Virus record (IMG/VR): IMGVR_UViG_3300036827_000193
Location: 17,388-81,387 of that record
Reading direction: 5' to 3' (one strand)
From: a virus
Length of the DNA stretch: 64,000 nucleotides
The notes under the pieces: generated by a model
Database searches by the model: none
What the model was told of the DNA's origin: nothing
The model's input: the letters and a program-made list of their open reading frames with translations, nothing else
Part shown: piece after piece, positions 26,358 through 36,319 of the stretch
Layout: each line of letters begins with the position of its first letter
Numbering within the stretch: the stretch's first letter is position 1
Program-made: the position numbers and the translations under genes

Positions 26358-27686
26358 TCACAGTCCGATGGCCTGGCCGCGCAACTTCGCTCGTCGCGCC
26401 TTTTCGGCGTTGACGATTGAGGAGCGATCCCGCGGTTGCGGGGTCGCTTGCGGGTCGGGCCGCGGAGCGGCGGTGCGGGCGGGTTGTTGCGGTATTGCGG
26501 CCCGGCGTTGGGTGCGGTCGACGGTGACGTCGATGCGCGGTGCCGCACGAGGCGGCGTCGCCGGGTCGTCTGGGGTTTGCGTCTTGACCCCTTTCCATTC
26601 CAGGAAATTGTCCCGCGCCTGCTCAAGCAGAGCCTGCGGCGTGAGGACGTTGAAGCCATTCGCCCGGTAGAACCGGTGGGCGTTGGCGATGTCGCCTGGT
26701 GTTGGCGGCAAGCCGTCTGGCCTGATCCTGGCGGGGTCGAGCCCGAGCGCCGTGATGTCAGCGAGCTGCAATTCGAACATCTTGGATTCGATTGCGGCGC
26801 GAGCCATCGGGTCTTTGGCGAGATCGGGGTGGCTGTCCTGGAAGTCCTTCAGCGTCTTCGCAGCCCGAGCGCCTTCGTCTCTGAGGCGTTGCTGCAAGAG
26901 TTCCTGCTGGACCGTGTGCGTGGTCGCTGTGTCGATGGTGTTTCGCAACAGCTCGCGCGCTTCCGAGGGATCGCCAAACTGGATCGTTTCAATCAGCTTG
27001 CCGTACGGGTCCTCCTGGTTTGGAGGCTCCGTCGTCGCAGCCGGTTGATCCGATCCTTGCGTCCTGGTGTCCGGCGTGGTGTTCGCCGGAAGGTCGGGAC
27101 GCGCGACCTTGTTACGGGCCTGTTCGAGGATGCCGTCGAACTCCTTGAGCTTCGACTTGGCCTCGTCGAGGATGTTTTCGGCCGCGAGAGATTTCTGCGC
27201 ATGCGCGACAATCTCTTCGAGCGGCAATTCCTGTTCCTTGCCGTGAACCTTGACCTTGATCCGCGGCGGCGCTGCGGGCGCGGGCTCGGGCGCGGGATCG
27301 ACGTCATCGGCCGGCGGCTGCAGGTCGTCCTGCGGCGCCTGCGGGGCGGGCGGCGGTGCGGCGATCTCGGGCGGCAGGCCGCTGCGCGCAAAGTCGCTGA
27401 CGTCGTCGCGATCGGCATCGGCGTCGGCGGTGCGCTCGGTGCGAAACCGCGCCGAGATGGCGTCGCGCTTGCGGTCGAAGGCGCTGACCGCGGGCGGCGT
27501 CTCGCGCGGTGCGGGCTCGGCTGCCGGTTGCGGTGCGAGTGGCGGGACGGCGGGCCCGGGATCCTGGGGCGCGCCATCGGCGACGACGTCGAGCGCGGCG
27601 GCGTTGGTCTCGCCCGGCTGAATTCCCGCCTGCTCGCGTGAAGCCGCTTCCACACGCTGCGCCTCATGGCTCGGTGTCGTGACCAT
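26358..27686 (-). CDS. Capsid scaffolding protein
   Basis: Acidic/Pro-rich N-terminus, IKVKVHGKEQELPLEE motif, helical body; directly upstream of the capsid gene. Confidence 0.85.
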   Translation of the reverse strand: MVTTPSHEAQRVEAASREQAGIQPGETNAAALDVVADGAPQDPGPAVPPLAPQPAAEPAPRETPPAVSAFDRKRDAISARFRTERTADADADRDDVSDFARSGLPPEIAAPPPAPQAPQDDLQPPADDVDPAPEPAPAAPPRIKVKVHGKEQELPLEEIVAHAQKSLAAENILDEAKSKLKEFDGILEQARNKVARPDLPANTTPDTRTQGSDQPAATTEPPNQEDPYGKLIETIQFGDPSEARELLRNTIDTATTHTVQQELLQQRLRDEGARAAKTLKDFQDSHPDLAKDPMARAAIESKMFELQLADITALGLDPARIRPDGLPPTPGDIANAHRFYRANGFNVLTPQALLEQARDNFLEWKGVKTQTPDDPATPPRAAPRIDVTVDRTQRRAAIPQQPARTAAPRPDPQATPQPRDRSSIVNAEKARRAKLRGQAIGL

Positions 27687-27710
27687 TCGTATGCTTTCCC
27701 CTTGAAATGC

Positions 27711-27736
27711 AGAAAGGCCGCCCGGTGGGGCGGCCT
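27711..27736 (-). terminator. GC hairpin plus U-rich tail upstream of scaffold
   Basis: Minus strand aggccgccccaccgggcggcct-ttct; near-identical copy at 39915-39937. Confidence 0.45.
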
Positions 27737-27773
27737 GCTGCCGAAAATTGAAGCTCTCGTTGTGTTGGCGCGA

Positions 27774-28172
27774 TCAGTCCTGCGGCGCGCCGTCGATCAG
27801 GCCGAGCTCGATGGCCTGGCGCTCGCCGTCGGGCTGTTGCGCCAACAGGTCGAGCATCTCGTCGCGCTCGGCGTCGCGCATTTCGCGGTCATAGGCGACG
27901 CCTTCGGCGATGATCGCGCGCAGCCAGGCGACCCATTCGTCGTAGCGCTTGACCTCGTTCTGCATGGTCGTGATCTTGATGCGGTCCTTGGGGTCGTGGA
28001 CGTTGAGATAGACGAGCGCCGCGAGCGATTCGGCGGCCGCCTCGCGCAGCCGGCGCAGGATCTCGATGGTCGGGCCGCCGCCGCTGCGCTCGCTGAGCTC
28101 GACTTCAAGGTCGGCGCTCGCCTTGATGATGCGCTGGCGCGCCAGCAGGACGGTCGGATCGGCTGACGACAT
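27774..28172 (-). CDS. Small helical phage protein upstream of scaffold
   Basis: Start MSSADP; helical composition; position. Confidence 0.7.
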   Translation of the reverse strand: MSSADPTVLLARQRIIKASADLEVELSERSGGGPTIEILRRLREAAAESLAALVYLNVHDPKDRIKITTMQNEVKRYDEWVAWLRAIIAEGVAYDREMRDAERDEMLDLLAQQPDGERQAIELGLIDGAPQD

Positions 28173-28175
28173 TCT

Positions 28176-29462
28176 TCACCCTTCGTCCTTGAACAATCCA
28201 AGCGCGCGCAGCACGGCGATGGCGTCGCTTTCGTCCTGTGCCTGCTGCAGGCGCTTCGCTGTCGCCATGGCGTCATGCGGGACGAATTCGTTGAACGTCG
28301 GCAATCCACTCGGCGACATCACCTGCATCGGCGCCGGCTGGCCGAAGATCGAGAGCGGCGGCAGCGGTGGCGGCCCGGCCGGGGCGACGACCGCGGGCTT
28401 CTCCGGCTCCTCGACCTTGCCGCCGCGGTCCCATATCGGCTTGAACGGCTTGCGCGGCTTTACGTCGTAGGGCGGCTCGGGGATGTAGGAGGGGAAGTCC
28501 TTGCGCCGGCCCGAGCCTGGCGGTTTGAACTCGGGGACTTCGCCTACGAGATCCCAGACCGAGAAGATCTGGCTCGCGACCGGGAACGGTTTGGCGAACT
28601 GGACCGGCGGCTCGGGGTAGAACTGGAATTCAATGCCGGTCGCGACCGGCCGCGGCGCCTTGATCTCATATTGCTGTTGCGAGACCGGAAACGGCTTGGC
28701 GAACTGGATGTCGAACTGGTAGCCCCAGAAACCCTGCGGGAACGCAGTGCGGATCGAACCGCGCGGCGTGAAGTTTGAATACTGCTGTGACGCGATCGGG
28801 AACGGCCTGGCGAAAGCGTGCTCAAGTTGCTCGCCGAACCAGCCCTCGACCTCGGCCGCTTCCGGGACATGCTCATCGGCGTGCGCGAGGAACTGCTGCG
28901 CGGTGACCGACAGCGGCACCGCAAAGGCATAGCTCCACTGGAAGCCGCTCCACCCATCCGGGAAACTGCTCCTGATCCTTCCGGCCGGCTGGAACGCCGT
29001 GTACTGCTGCGATGCGACCGGGAACGGCTTGGCGAAGACGTCCGGCGGCTGCGGATAGAAGCCCTCGCTGTCCTCGGCGACCCGGACATGCTCGGGGATG
29101 TGAGCGGCGTATTGCTGCGCCGCGACCGGGAACGGCTTGGCGAAGCGGCGCTCGAGCTGCTCGCCTTCCCAGCCGTGCGGCGTGATCGCGGTCGGGACCG
29201 GCTCGGGGCCGTGCGCAACATATTGCTGCAGGTGCGCCGGAAACGGGCGGGCAAAGACCTCCGGATTGAGCGGCTGCTGCTTCCAGGGCGAGGTGTTGGT
29301 TGCGCCAGACGTTGTCGCCAGAACCAGCGTCGAGAAGGCGGTGAGCGCGGCAACCGAGATCCGCCGCACGATCGGCGGATCGGAAAACCCGGATATTGCC
29401 GTCGCGGACCGCGATGGCAATTGCCCGAGCGCAAGCTGACCGAGTGCGCCGAAACCAAGCAT
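28176..29462 (-). CDS. Repeat protein with seven FAKPFPVASQQY-type units
   Basis: Repeats visible in the translation; MLGFGALGQLALGQLP N-terminus. Confidence 0.8.
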   Translation of the reverse strand: MLGFGALGQLALGQLPSRSATAISGFSDPPIVRRISVAALTAFSTLVLATTSGATNTSPWKQQPLNPEVFARPFPAHLQQYVAHGPEPVPTAITPHGWEGEQLERRFAKPFPVAAQQYAAHIPEHVRVAEDSEGFYPQPPDVFAKPFPVASQQYTAFQPAGRIRSSFPDGWSGFQWSYAFAVPLSVTAQQFLAHADEHVPEAAEVEGWFGEQLEHAFARPFPIASQQYSNFTPRGSIRTAFPQGFWGYQFDIQFAKPFPVSQQQYEIKAPRPVATGIEFQFYPEPPVQFAKPFPVASQIFSVWDLVGEVPEFKPPGSGRRKDFPSYIPEPPYDVKPRKPFKPIWDRGGKVEEPEKPAVVAPAGPPPLPPLSIFGQPAPMQVMSPSGLPTFNEFVPHDAMATAKRLQQAQDESDAIAVLRALGLFKDEG

Positions 29463-29508
29463 TTACGGCCCCTCGGAAATTCTCTTATTGATCGCCGTTG
29501 CCTTAGAG

Positions 29509-30273
29509 CTAGTCGTACCAGCCCTCTTCGGCGTAGCCGTATGAGTCGTGCGTGCCCGGCAGATAGTTCACGTTGCCGGTCTCGGTCGTGACCATACCGA
29601 GCTTATCTACGTTCCACTTTTGGCCGGTGAAGTTCTGGCAATTAACGAATGTAGCGCCCGCATAGACCTGACCGGCCCAAATGCCGACAGCAAATTGCTC
29701 GAATGTATAAGTGCCGCCGAGGCCGTCCACGGTGATTCCGTCGGCAAGAACATAGCTGCCGCTTTCGGCGTCGTAATGCGACTTCGCGCCGCCGCAGATC
29801 GTGTAATTATTCAGCAAAAAGATTCCACTGCCGCCGACTGCGCGATTGTGCTGTAGCGAGCATGGGCCGAAAAACAGTCCGTCAAGACCGGCAATTGTCG
29901 CGCCATTCGAGAAGATCGCACCGCCGTTGGCGCCGACAAACGTCGCGCGCCTCACGGCAAGCTGTATGCCCTGCGCGTTGACAGGGTCAGCGTCCGCATC
30001 CTGACCACCGCCCGATATGGCAAAGCGGCCGTTTGTCATGTTGATCGTCGAGCCGTTGAAGTCGATCAGCACGCTGCGCGCGCCGTTGGCGCCGACCATT
30101 CCCTGCCAAGTCCGCAGGCCGCCGTTCGTGTAGGTCAGCCCCGGCGCGGACAGGAAGGTGAGCTTGTGGCCGCGCAGATCGTAATTGTTGGCGTAGTTGT
30201 CCCACACCGATTGAAGGCTGGTGGTGGCGTCGAAGTTGACGACTGTGTCTGCTGTCAGGTCCGTGCGCGGCAT
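29509..30273 (-). CDS. Putative beta-helix/fibre-associated structural protein
   Basis: Gly/Asn/Thr-rich; GGAGG SD; coupled to the upstream gene. Confidence 0.65.
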   Translation of the reverse strand: MPRTDLTADTVVNFDATTSLQSVWDNYANNYDLRGHKLTFLSAPGLTYTNGGLRTWQGMVGANGARSVLIDFNGSTINMTNGRFAISGGGQDADADPVNAQGIQLAVRRATFVGANGGAIFSNGATIAGLDGLFFGPCSLQHNRAVGGSGIFLLNNYTICGGAKSHYDAESGSYVLADGITVDGLGGTYTFEQFAVGIWAGQVYAGATFVNCQNFTGQKWNVDKLGMVTTETGNVNYLPGTHDSYGYAEEGWYD

Positions 30274-31415
30274 CAGGCGTTCCTCCCGCGATCATCGAAC
30301 CAGCCGTAACTAACGGTGTATGCGGTCATGCCACTGCCGGTCGTAGACCATCGCACCTGGGCGCTGGTGTTGGTCCTGACGATAAGATTGCCGAAGTTGC
30401 CGCTGGCACTCGGGGCGGTTACGTCGGCGTTGCCGAGCGTCGCATTGGCAATCGCGGAGGTTTCATCCGGCGACTGGACGAGCACGTGCTGCACGCTGGC
30501 GTTGAGCACAATGATCCGAAGCCGCGCACGCACCTTGACGCCACTTGGAATGCCCCCCAGCGACAGTAACGTCGCCGAAGTCGGAACCGTAGCGGCGCTG
30601 GTCTCCTGGATCACCGCGCCCCACAGGAATTCCTCGCCGAACTGGGAAAACGCGAGGATGTGCGCGGAGGCGTCGGTCTTGAACGATCCGATGCGCCGGA
30701 ACGCCGTCGTGCTCGCCGGCTTGTTCGCGGCTCCGGCGTCGGTGTCGAAGTAGACGTCCGCGCTGCCGGCGTTGATGATTGCAAAGACGTGGTACCAGGT
30801 GCTCACGGCAATCGTCAGCCCGGCGCCCATGCCGTTGCTGCCCGAACCCGCCGCCCATGCCCCGCCGGTGCTCTTGGTGAAAGCCGCGAGGACGATGTTG
30901 GTGGCGTCCGTGCCGTCGCGGCACGACCCGGCGCTGATATCCAGAATGGTGTTAGGTGTGCCGCCGTCGTTCGAGAGCGTCAGGCCAGCCAGATAGCTGC
31001 GCGGCAACGCAATGGTGTTAGCGGCATAGGTGTAGTCACCGGCTGTCGCGGTGATGGCAGGCCCCGAGCGCGCGAACACGCTGGTGACGATGTCCTCGGC
31101 CAGCGCGGTGATGGCGACCTGCGCCTGCGCCGAGCAGTTGATGGCGGCGTTGCTGTTGGTCGACTTGAGCACGGTGGTGCGCGCGAGCGTCGTGCCGCTT
31201 GCCGTATAGGTGCCGTGGCCGACTTCGCTGGCGCCCGGGCTTGCCGGATCGTTGATGGCGTAAGAAACGACGTCGCCATCCGAGACGCCGGCCTGCGCGA
31301 ACGTCAGGAACAGCGTGCCGTCAGGACCGCGCGCGGCCGAGCCGAGCGTAATGGTGCCTGAGCCCGGAGCCGACGCAACGGTCATCCGGGCGAGGTCATA
31401 GAGCTTCGCCGCCAT
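30273..31415 (-). CDS. Putative fibre/virion structural protein
   Basis: DLARMTVASAPGSGTITLG..EVGHGTYTASGTTLART N-terminus; WYHVFAI, RRIGSFKTD, GWFDDRG. Confidence 0.75.
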   Translation of the reverse strand: MAAKLYDLARMTVASAPGSGTITLGSAARGPDGTLFLTFAQAGVSDGDVVSYAINDPASPGASEVGHGTYTASGTTLARTTVLKSTNSNAAINCSAQAQVAITALAEDIVTSVFARSGPAITATAGDYTYAANTIALPRSYLAGLTLSNDGGTPNTILDISAGSCRDGTDATNIVLAAFTKSTGGAWAAGSGSNGMGAGLTIAVSTWYHVFAIINAGSADVYFDTDAGAANKPASTTAFRRIGSFKTDASAHILAFSQFGEEFLWGAVIQETSAATVPTSATLLSLGGIPSGVKVRARLRIIVLNASVQHVLVQSPDETSAIANATLGNADVTAPSASGNFGNLIVRTNTSAQVRWSTTGSGMTAYTVSYGWFDDRGRNA

Positions 31416-31448
31416 CAGATCGGTCCTGGAAAGGGGAAGTTCGGGGCG

Positions 31449-31748
31449 CTATCCGCCCAAAAGCTCGCGCCGGAAGCGGTCGTTTGCTTCCCAGCGCTCA
31501 AGCTTCTTCTCGATGACGTCGCACGTCATGGTGCGCGCGCGCTCGGTGTCGCAGGCAAGGCAGATGTGGCGACGACAGCCCCAGCACAGCGCGTAGGTCA
31601 TGTCCTGCGGCTTGCACATGGGCGGCACCAGCACGATGCGATTGCAGTGCCCGCAGGTGATCGAATCGCTCTCGACGACCGTGCTCTGGCCGCGGCTTTT
31701 GGTCGGGTCCGGGTCGGTCGAGACGAAGTATCCACCGGGCCGCAGCAT
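31449..31748 (-). CDS. Cys-rich zinc-binding protein
   Basis: CGHC, CWGC and CLAC motifs. Confidence 0.7.
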   Translation of the reverse strand: MLRPGGYFVSTDPDPTKSRGQSTVVESDSITCGHCNRIVLVPPMCKPQDMTYALCWGCRRHICLACDTERARTMTCDVIEKKLERWEANDRFRRELLGG

Positions 31749-32053
31749 CAGAATTCCATCATCGACAGTTGCGTGCCGCCGTCGCCCTCGATGTCATGGG
31801 AGAAGGTCACGTCGGACACGGCGTCGGCGCAGTTGACGATCAGCGAGCCTTTGTCGTTGACCTTGGCCTGGATGAATTCCGGCATCCATTCGTGATTGAT
31901 GGCCCTGGCGAGGCTCGCGGTTACGTCGCGGGCGGTTTCCTTGGCGGCGACGCGGTGCATCACATGGGTGCGCCCGCCGCGCGGCGCGCGATACTGCACG
32001 ATGACGAGGTCGCCCGCGGCCGGCGTCTTGATGTCCATCACCAGCGTTTTCAT
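31748..32053 (-). CDS. Hypothetical protein
   Basis: Start MKTLVMDIK overlaps the upstream stop. Confidence 0.6.
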   Translation of the reverse strand: MKTLVMDIKTPAAGDLVIVQYRAPRGGRTHVMHRVAAKETARDVTASLARAINHEWMPEFIQAKVNDKGSLIVNCADAVSDVTFSHDIEGDGGTQLSMMEF

Positions 32054-33435
32054 TGACGGCCTTCGGCTTTGGCTTTGAGCCATGCGGTTGCGCGGCCGAT
32101 CGGCTCCTGCCAGTCCGACAGGCGCTGCTGGCGCAGCAACCGCATGCTCGGATACCAGATCGAATGCTCCGCGCCTTGCGGCACCGCATCCGGCGCAAGC
32201 CATGGCCAGTAGCCGGAATGCCGCACGAAATTCCACACCGGCTTGCCGAGCGCACCGGCGAGGTGGGCAACGGACGTGTCGACCGAGATCACAAGATCAA
32301 GCCCGTCGACCAGCGCCGCGGTGTCGGCGAAGTCGTGGCAGTCGCCCATCCAGTCGGTGATCGGGATGTCAGGTAGAATCGGCTCGACCGGGTACTGCAG
32401 CGAGATCAGGTTGACGCCGGGCATTACCAGCGGCTTGAGCCAGGCGAGCGGGATCGATTTGGCCTGCTGCGCGGCGCGCGCGGTGTTGAGGTGGCCGCCC
32501 GATGACCAGCACAGGCCGACATTAAGACCCGCCGGCAGCGTGGCGAGGCGTCCTCTCCAATAGAGCGTATTGGAGAGGCGCGCATTAAGGTACTTGAGTG
32601 GCAGCCGCTGTATCGATGCCGGCTCCATGTTCATGACCATTGGAACGTCAAGCAGCGGGCAGGAGAAGTCCGCCTCCTGATCGACGTCGTCGTGCATCCC
32701 TGCCACGCGCAAGCGGCGACAACTCCACGACCATCGCGAGAGCGCGAGCATCGGCGCGCGCGCCAGCAGGATCACCGAGCAGTCATAGGCGCCGACAACC
32801 GTGTCGGCGAAACGTTGCGCCATGATCTCGTCGCCATAGCCCTGCTCCGGATAAAGCAGGATGGTCTTGCCGGTAAGGTCCTCGCCCTGCCACTTGGGAT
32901 AGTTGCGGTAAGCCCGCGGCGGATACGGCGTGTTCTGCCAGCGGCACTCGTATTCGCGGAAACCCTCCGCCCACTGCCCCATGCCAAGCAGCGTCACGCC
33001 GAGATTGAAGTGGGCGTCGGCATCGGCACCGCGCGCGATTGCGGCGCGATATTGCGCTGCCGCCTCCGGCAGCCGCAGCAGCGTGCAGTACATGTTGGCG
33101 AGCCCCATGTGGGGCTCGATCGCATCGCACTGCGCAATCGATTTGGCGAAACTGTCCTCGGCGGCTGCCCACATGCCGATGTCGGCAAAGGCGATGCCGC
33201 GGTTGTTCCAGGCGTCGTGCAGCCGCTCGTCGATGTTGAGCGCGCGGTCGTAGTGCAGGATGGCGTCGAAGTGGCGTTCGGTGGCGTGCAGCAGGTTGCC
33301 GCGCACCGTCCAGGCCTCGCAGAAATCCGGCTTGAGCTTGATGGCCTCGACCAGCAGCAGCATCGCGCGCTCGTAGTCGCGGCCCTTGACCGCACCGAGC
33401 GCTTTTTCGAAGTAGCGTTCGGCGAGCTCGCTCAT
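32050..33435 (-). CDS. TPR-repeat glycosyltransferase (GT-B, family 9-like C-terminus)
   Basis: TPRs, W.GEDLTGKTILLYPEQGYGD, DFADTAALVDGLDLVISVDTSVAHLAGALG, WYPSMRLLRQ. Confidence 0.9.
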   Translation of the reverse strand: MSELAERYFEKALGAVKGRDYERAMLLLVEAIKLKPDFCEAWTVRGNLLHATERHFDAILHYDRALNIDERLHDAWNNRGIAFADIGMWAAAEDSFAKSIAQCDAIEPHMGLANMYCTLLRLPEAAAQYRAAIARGADADAHFNLGVTLLGMGQWAEGFREYECRWQNTPYPPRAYRNYPKWQGEDLTGKTILLYPEQGYGDEIMAQRFADTVVGAYDCSVILLARAPMLALSRWSWSCRRLRVAGMHDDVDQEADFSCPLLDVPMVMNMEPASIQRLPLKYLNARLSNTLYWRGRLATLPAGLNVGLCWSSGGHLNTARAAQQAKSIPLAWLKPLVMPGVNLISLQYPVEPILPDIPITDWMGDCHDFADTAALVDGLDLVISVDTSVAHLAGALGKPVWNFVRHSGYWPWLAPDAVPQGAEHSIWYPSMRLLRQQRLSDWQEPIGRATAWLKAKAEGRQ

Positions 33436-34220
33436 CCACCCACGATCCGGATTTTTTCCAGCACCTTGTCGCTCTCGTGGATGGCGAGGATCGACATGCC
33501 GGCCGGGATGAAGCGATAGCCGGACAGGCGCTTCTTCACTTCCTCGGCACCGCACAGCGCAATCTCGGCAAAGATGATCGGGCGACAGCGCACGATGGTG
33601 GCGTAGGCGCCGTCAAGCGCCGCCGGTTCGGTGCCTTCGATGTCGAGCTTGAGAAGATCGAGCCGTGTCAGGTTCAGGCTGTCGATCGTGACTAGGCGGC
33701 AGGCCTCGTTGACGCCGAGCGGCTGGCCGATCGCGCCATTGAGATCGAACCGCAGCGACAGGCCGCCGAAGTTTGCGGGCTTTTCGTGGTCGAGCTTCAC
33801 AATCGGCGTTGTCCCGAGCACATCGGCAAGCGCCGCCATGGTGGCCTTGGCATTGAAGCAGTTGTTGAGCGCGATGTTGCCGGCGAGCGCATAGAACACC
33901 CGCTCCTGCGGCTCGAACGCCAGCACCGAGCCCCAGCCGGCCATGGCCTTGGCCCAGGCCAGCGTGTGGGTGCCGATATTGGCGCCGCCGTCGATGACGA
34001 CGACACCGTCGCCATAGGCCTCGCGATGTGCGACCAGCAGCCCGAACAGTTCTTCGATGTCGCCTTGTTCGTGGCTGCCGGTGCCGAGCAGGCTTGCGCC
34101 GACGCCGGCATAGCCACCCCCGGCGACCCGGCAATAGTCGAGTCGGTTCAGGATCATCGGGCCGTTTTCGGTCGCGGCCAGAACGAAGGCGACTTGCGGC
34201 AAATCGGGCTCCCCTCCCAA
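33432..34220 (-). CDS. FkbM-family methyltransferase
   Basis: VIDGGANIGTHT, VLAFEPQ, LDLLKLDIEGTE. Confidence 0.9.
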   Translation of the reverse strand: MGGEPDLPQVAFVLAATENGPMILNRLDYCRVAGGGYAGVGASLLGTGSHEQGDIEELFGLLVAHREAYGDGVVVIDGGANIGTHTLAWAKAMAGWGSVLAFEPQERVFYALAGNIALNNCFNAKATMAALADVLGTTPIVKLDHEKPANFGGLSLRFDLNGAIGQPLGVNEACRLVTIDSLNLTRLDLLKLDIEGTEPAALDGAYATIVRCRPIIFAEIALCGAEEVKKRLSGYRFIPAGMSILAIHESDKVLEKIRIVGG

Positions 34221-34261
34221 CGCACTACGCCGAGAGGGTTACCGATTTGCTGCCATCGGCC

Positions 34262-34735
34262 TTATTCGTGGTAGCTGACCTGGCCGTCGAACGTCGAGTT
34301 GTAGGTCGAGGACTGCGCCCGCATGTAGAGACCGTTCACCGCGGTCGCCGGCGCAACCAGCGCAAACGACTCGTCGGCCGCGATCCAGCGGGTGGTGGCG
34401 CGCTGGTTAAGGCCGGTGTTGAACAGCGAGGTTGCGATCAGCGCGGCCGACGGCTCGGTGGTCTCGTTGGTGGCGGCGACGATCAGGGCGGCGCCGTCGG
34501 CGGGATCCAACGCATTGGGCGTCGCGGCGGTGCCGGCGAGCGACGTCGTCTGCGACAGCCGCGAAATGTCGACCTGGATGTAGGTGTCGGTGGCGTTCGG
34601 GTTGGCGGTCGCGCCGAGCACGAACTCGAACCACTTGTGGCGCTTGGTGTTGGAGGCCGGGCACCACGAGGCGACGACGCCCTTGTACGAGGAGGCGATC
34701 GAAGCCTGGTTGCCGCCGAGGGCATACTTAGCCAT
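34262..34735 (-). CDS. Putative structural beta-rich protein
   Basis: AAGGA SD; Ala/Thr/Ser-rich. Confidence 0.7.
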   Translation of the reverse strand: MAKYALGGNQASIASSYKGVVASWCPASNTKRHKWFEFVLGATANPNATDTYIQVDISRLSQTTSLAGTAATPNALDPADGAALIVAATNETTEPSAALIATSLFNTGLNQRATTRWIAADESFALVAPATAVNGLYMRAQSSTYNSTFDGQVSYHE

Positions 34736-34786
34736 GGGGGTAATCCTTTTGCTTGAGCGTTGAGAGGGTGCAGCGCGAGAGCTGCG

Positions 34787-36319
34787 TCAGGCAGCGGCGC
34801 GCTGCGCCGCCATTGCGTCCAGATCACGCGTGACGTGATCGAGAACCGTCTGCCAGTCGCCCACCTTGGGCTGCCGGTAGAGTGTTGCGCGCGGGTACCA
34901 CGGCGAGTCGGTGCGCCCGAGTTGCCAGCGCCAATCGGTTGAATAGGCCGGGATCAGGATCCAGGTCGGCACGCCGAGCGTTGCGGCGAGGTGCGCGACC
35001 GCAGTGTCGACGGTGACGACCAGGTCGAGCGCGGCGATCGCGGCTGCGGTATCGCGCAGGTCGTCAAGCCACAGCGCACTCAGGAACGGATGACGCCGCT
35101 GCAGCGCCGCGAATTCATTGGTCTCGCCGGCGCGCATCTGCTGGATCGAGACGAAGTTCGCCTTGGCCTCGAAGATGGCGCCGAATTTGGCGAGCGGGAT
35201 CGAGCGATGGGCGTCGTTCTTGTGCTGGAAGTTGCCGGCCCAGCACACCCCGACATTCAATTCGTTCGCCGGCGGGTCGAGACTGGCGCGCAGGCGCGCA
35301 ACACGCTCCGGCTCGATCGAGGGCTGCCACGGCGGCGGCAGGTCCTGCTCGGTGTCAATGCCGAGATAAAGCGGCAGCGACATCAGCGCGGCCCAGCGCT
35401 CGAAGCCTTCGACCGTATCGCCGGCGGCAAGCTCCAGCACCGTGACGCCGGGGATATCGCGCACCAGCGGCGTGAGCTTGTCATGGACGCGCAGCAGCAC
35501 ATTACCGGCGCGCTCGCGGATCAGCGGCACGAAGCGCAGGAACTGGATGGTGTCGCCGAGCCCCTGCTCGGCGTGGATCAGGATGGTCTTGCCGGTCAGC
35601 GCCTCGCCCTGCCACTTCTTGTCGGCCGGCAGATTGAGGTTGGGCGTATCGTTCTCGCTGCTGGTCAGCCGCGCCTCGTAGTCGGCAAAGCCGCGCAGGT
35701 CGCCGAGCAGGAGCCGCGCCATGGCGCGGTTGTAGCGCGCGTCGGCCTCATTGAGCCGGCTGACGCTGTCGGTTGCCGGTGCGCGCAGTTCGAGCGAGTG
35801 ATCGAGCGAGGCGATTGCCTCGCGATGGCGATTGAGGCGCAACAGCGCGATGCCGCGGTTGTAGTGCGGAAACGGGTCGCTCGGATCGAACGCGATGCCC
35901 TTGTCGAGCGCAACGAGCGCCGCCTCGTGGCGGCCAAGCCGTTCCAGCGTGTTGCCGAGATTGTTGTAGATCAGCGCCTTGGCGGCCGGTGACAGCGGCG
36001 TCTTGGCGGTGTGGTGGGCGGCGCGCTCAAGGTCGGCAAGGCCTTCCTCGGGATGGCCGAGCTGCGCGACGCACAGTCCGTAATGGCTCAGCGCAATCGG
36101 ATTGCGGCGGTTGATCTTGCGCCCGCGCCAGAACCAGTACAGCGCCTCGTGCAGCTTGCCGGTCTCAAACAGCGAGGTGCCGAGCCGCTCGATGGCCTCG
36201 AAGTTCTCGGGCTCGTGCACCAGGACGCCGCGAAACATCGCCATCGCGCTGGGATGGTCGCCGGCCATGGCGTAGCCGGCGCCGAGGTCGAGCGCTTCGC
36301 CGATCGAGAGGTCGCTCAT
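34787..36319 (-). CDS. TPR-repeat glycosyltransferase (paralog of 32050-33435)
   Basis: TPRs, WQGEALTGKTILIHAEQGLGD, DTAAAIAALDLVVTVDTAVAHLAATLG, DWRW..DSPWYP; translationally coupled to portal. Confidence 0.9.
   Translation of the reverse strand: MSDLSIGEALDLGAGYAMAGDHPSAMAMFRGVLVHEPENFEAIERLGTSLFETGKLHEALYWFWRGRKINRRNPIALSHYGLCVAQLGHPEEGLADLERAAHHTAKTPLSPAAKALIYNNLGNTLERLGRHEAALVALDKGIAFDPSDPFPHYNRGIALLRLNRHREAIASLDHSLELRAPATDSVSRLNEADARYNRAMARLLLGDLRGFADYEARLTSSENDTPNLNLPADKKWQGEALTGKTILIHAEQGLGDTIQFLRFVPLIRERAGNVLLRVHDKLTPLVRDIPGVTVLELAAGDTVEGFERWAALMSLPLYLGIDTEQDLPPPWQPSIEPERVARLRASLDPPANELNVGVCWAGNFQHKNDAHRSIPLAKFGAIFEAKANFVSIQQMRAGETNEFAALQRRHPFLSALWLDDLRDTAAAIAALDLVVTVDTAVAHLAATLGVPTWILIPAYSTDWRWQLGRTDSPWYPRATLYRQPKVGDWQTVLDHVTRDLDAMAAQRAAA

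Noticed and set aside
28560-29260. Regularly spaced DNA repeats resembling a CRISPR array
   Set aside because: Repeats are degenerate, in frame and encode the FAKPFP protein repeat; no cas genes
18579-31415. Diversity-generating retroelement targeting fibre genes
   Set aside because: No reverse transcriptase and no template/variable repeat pair seen in the window
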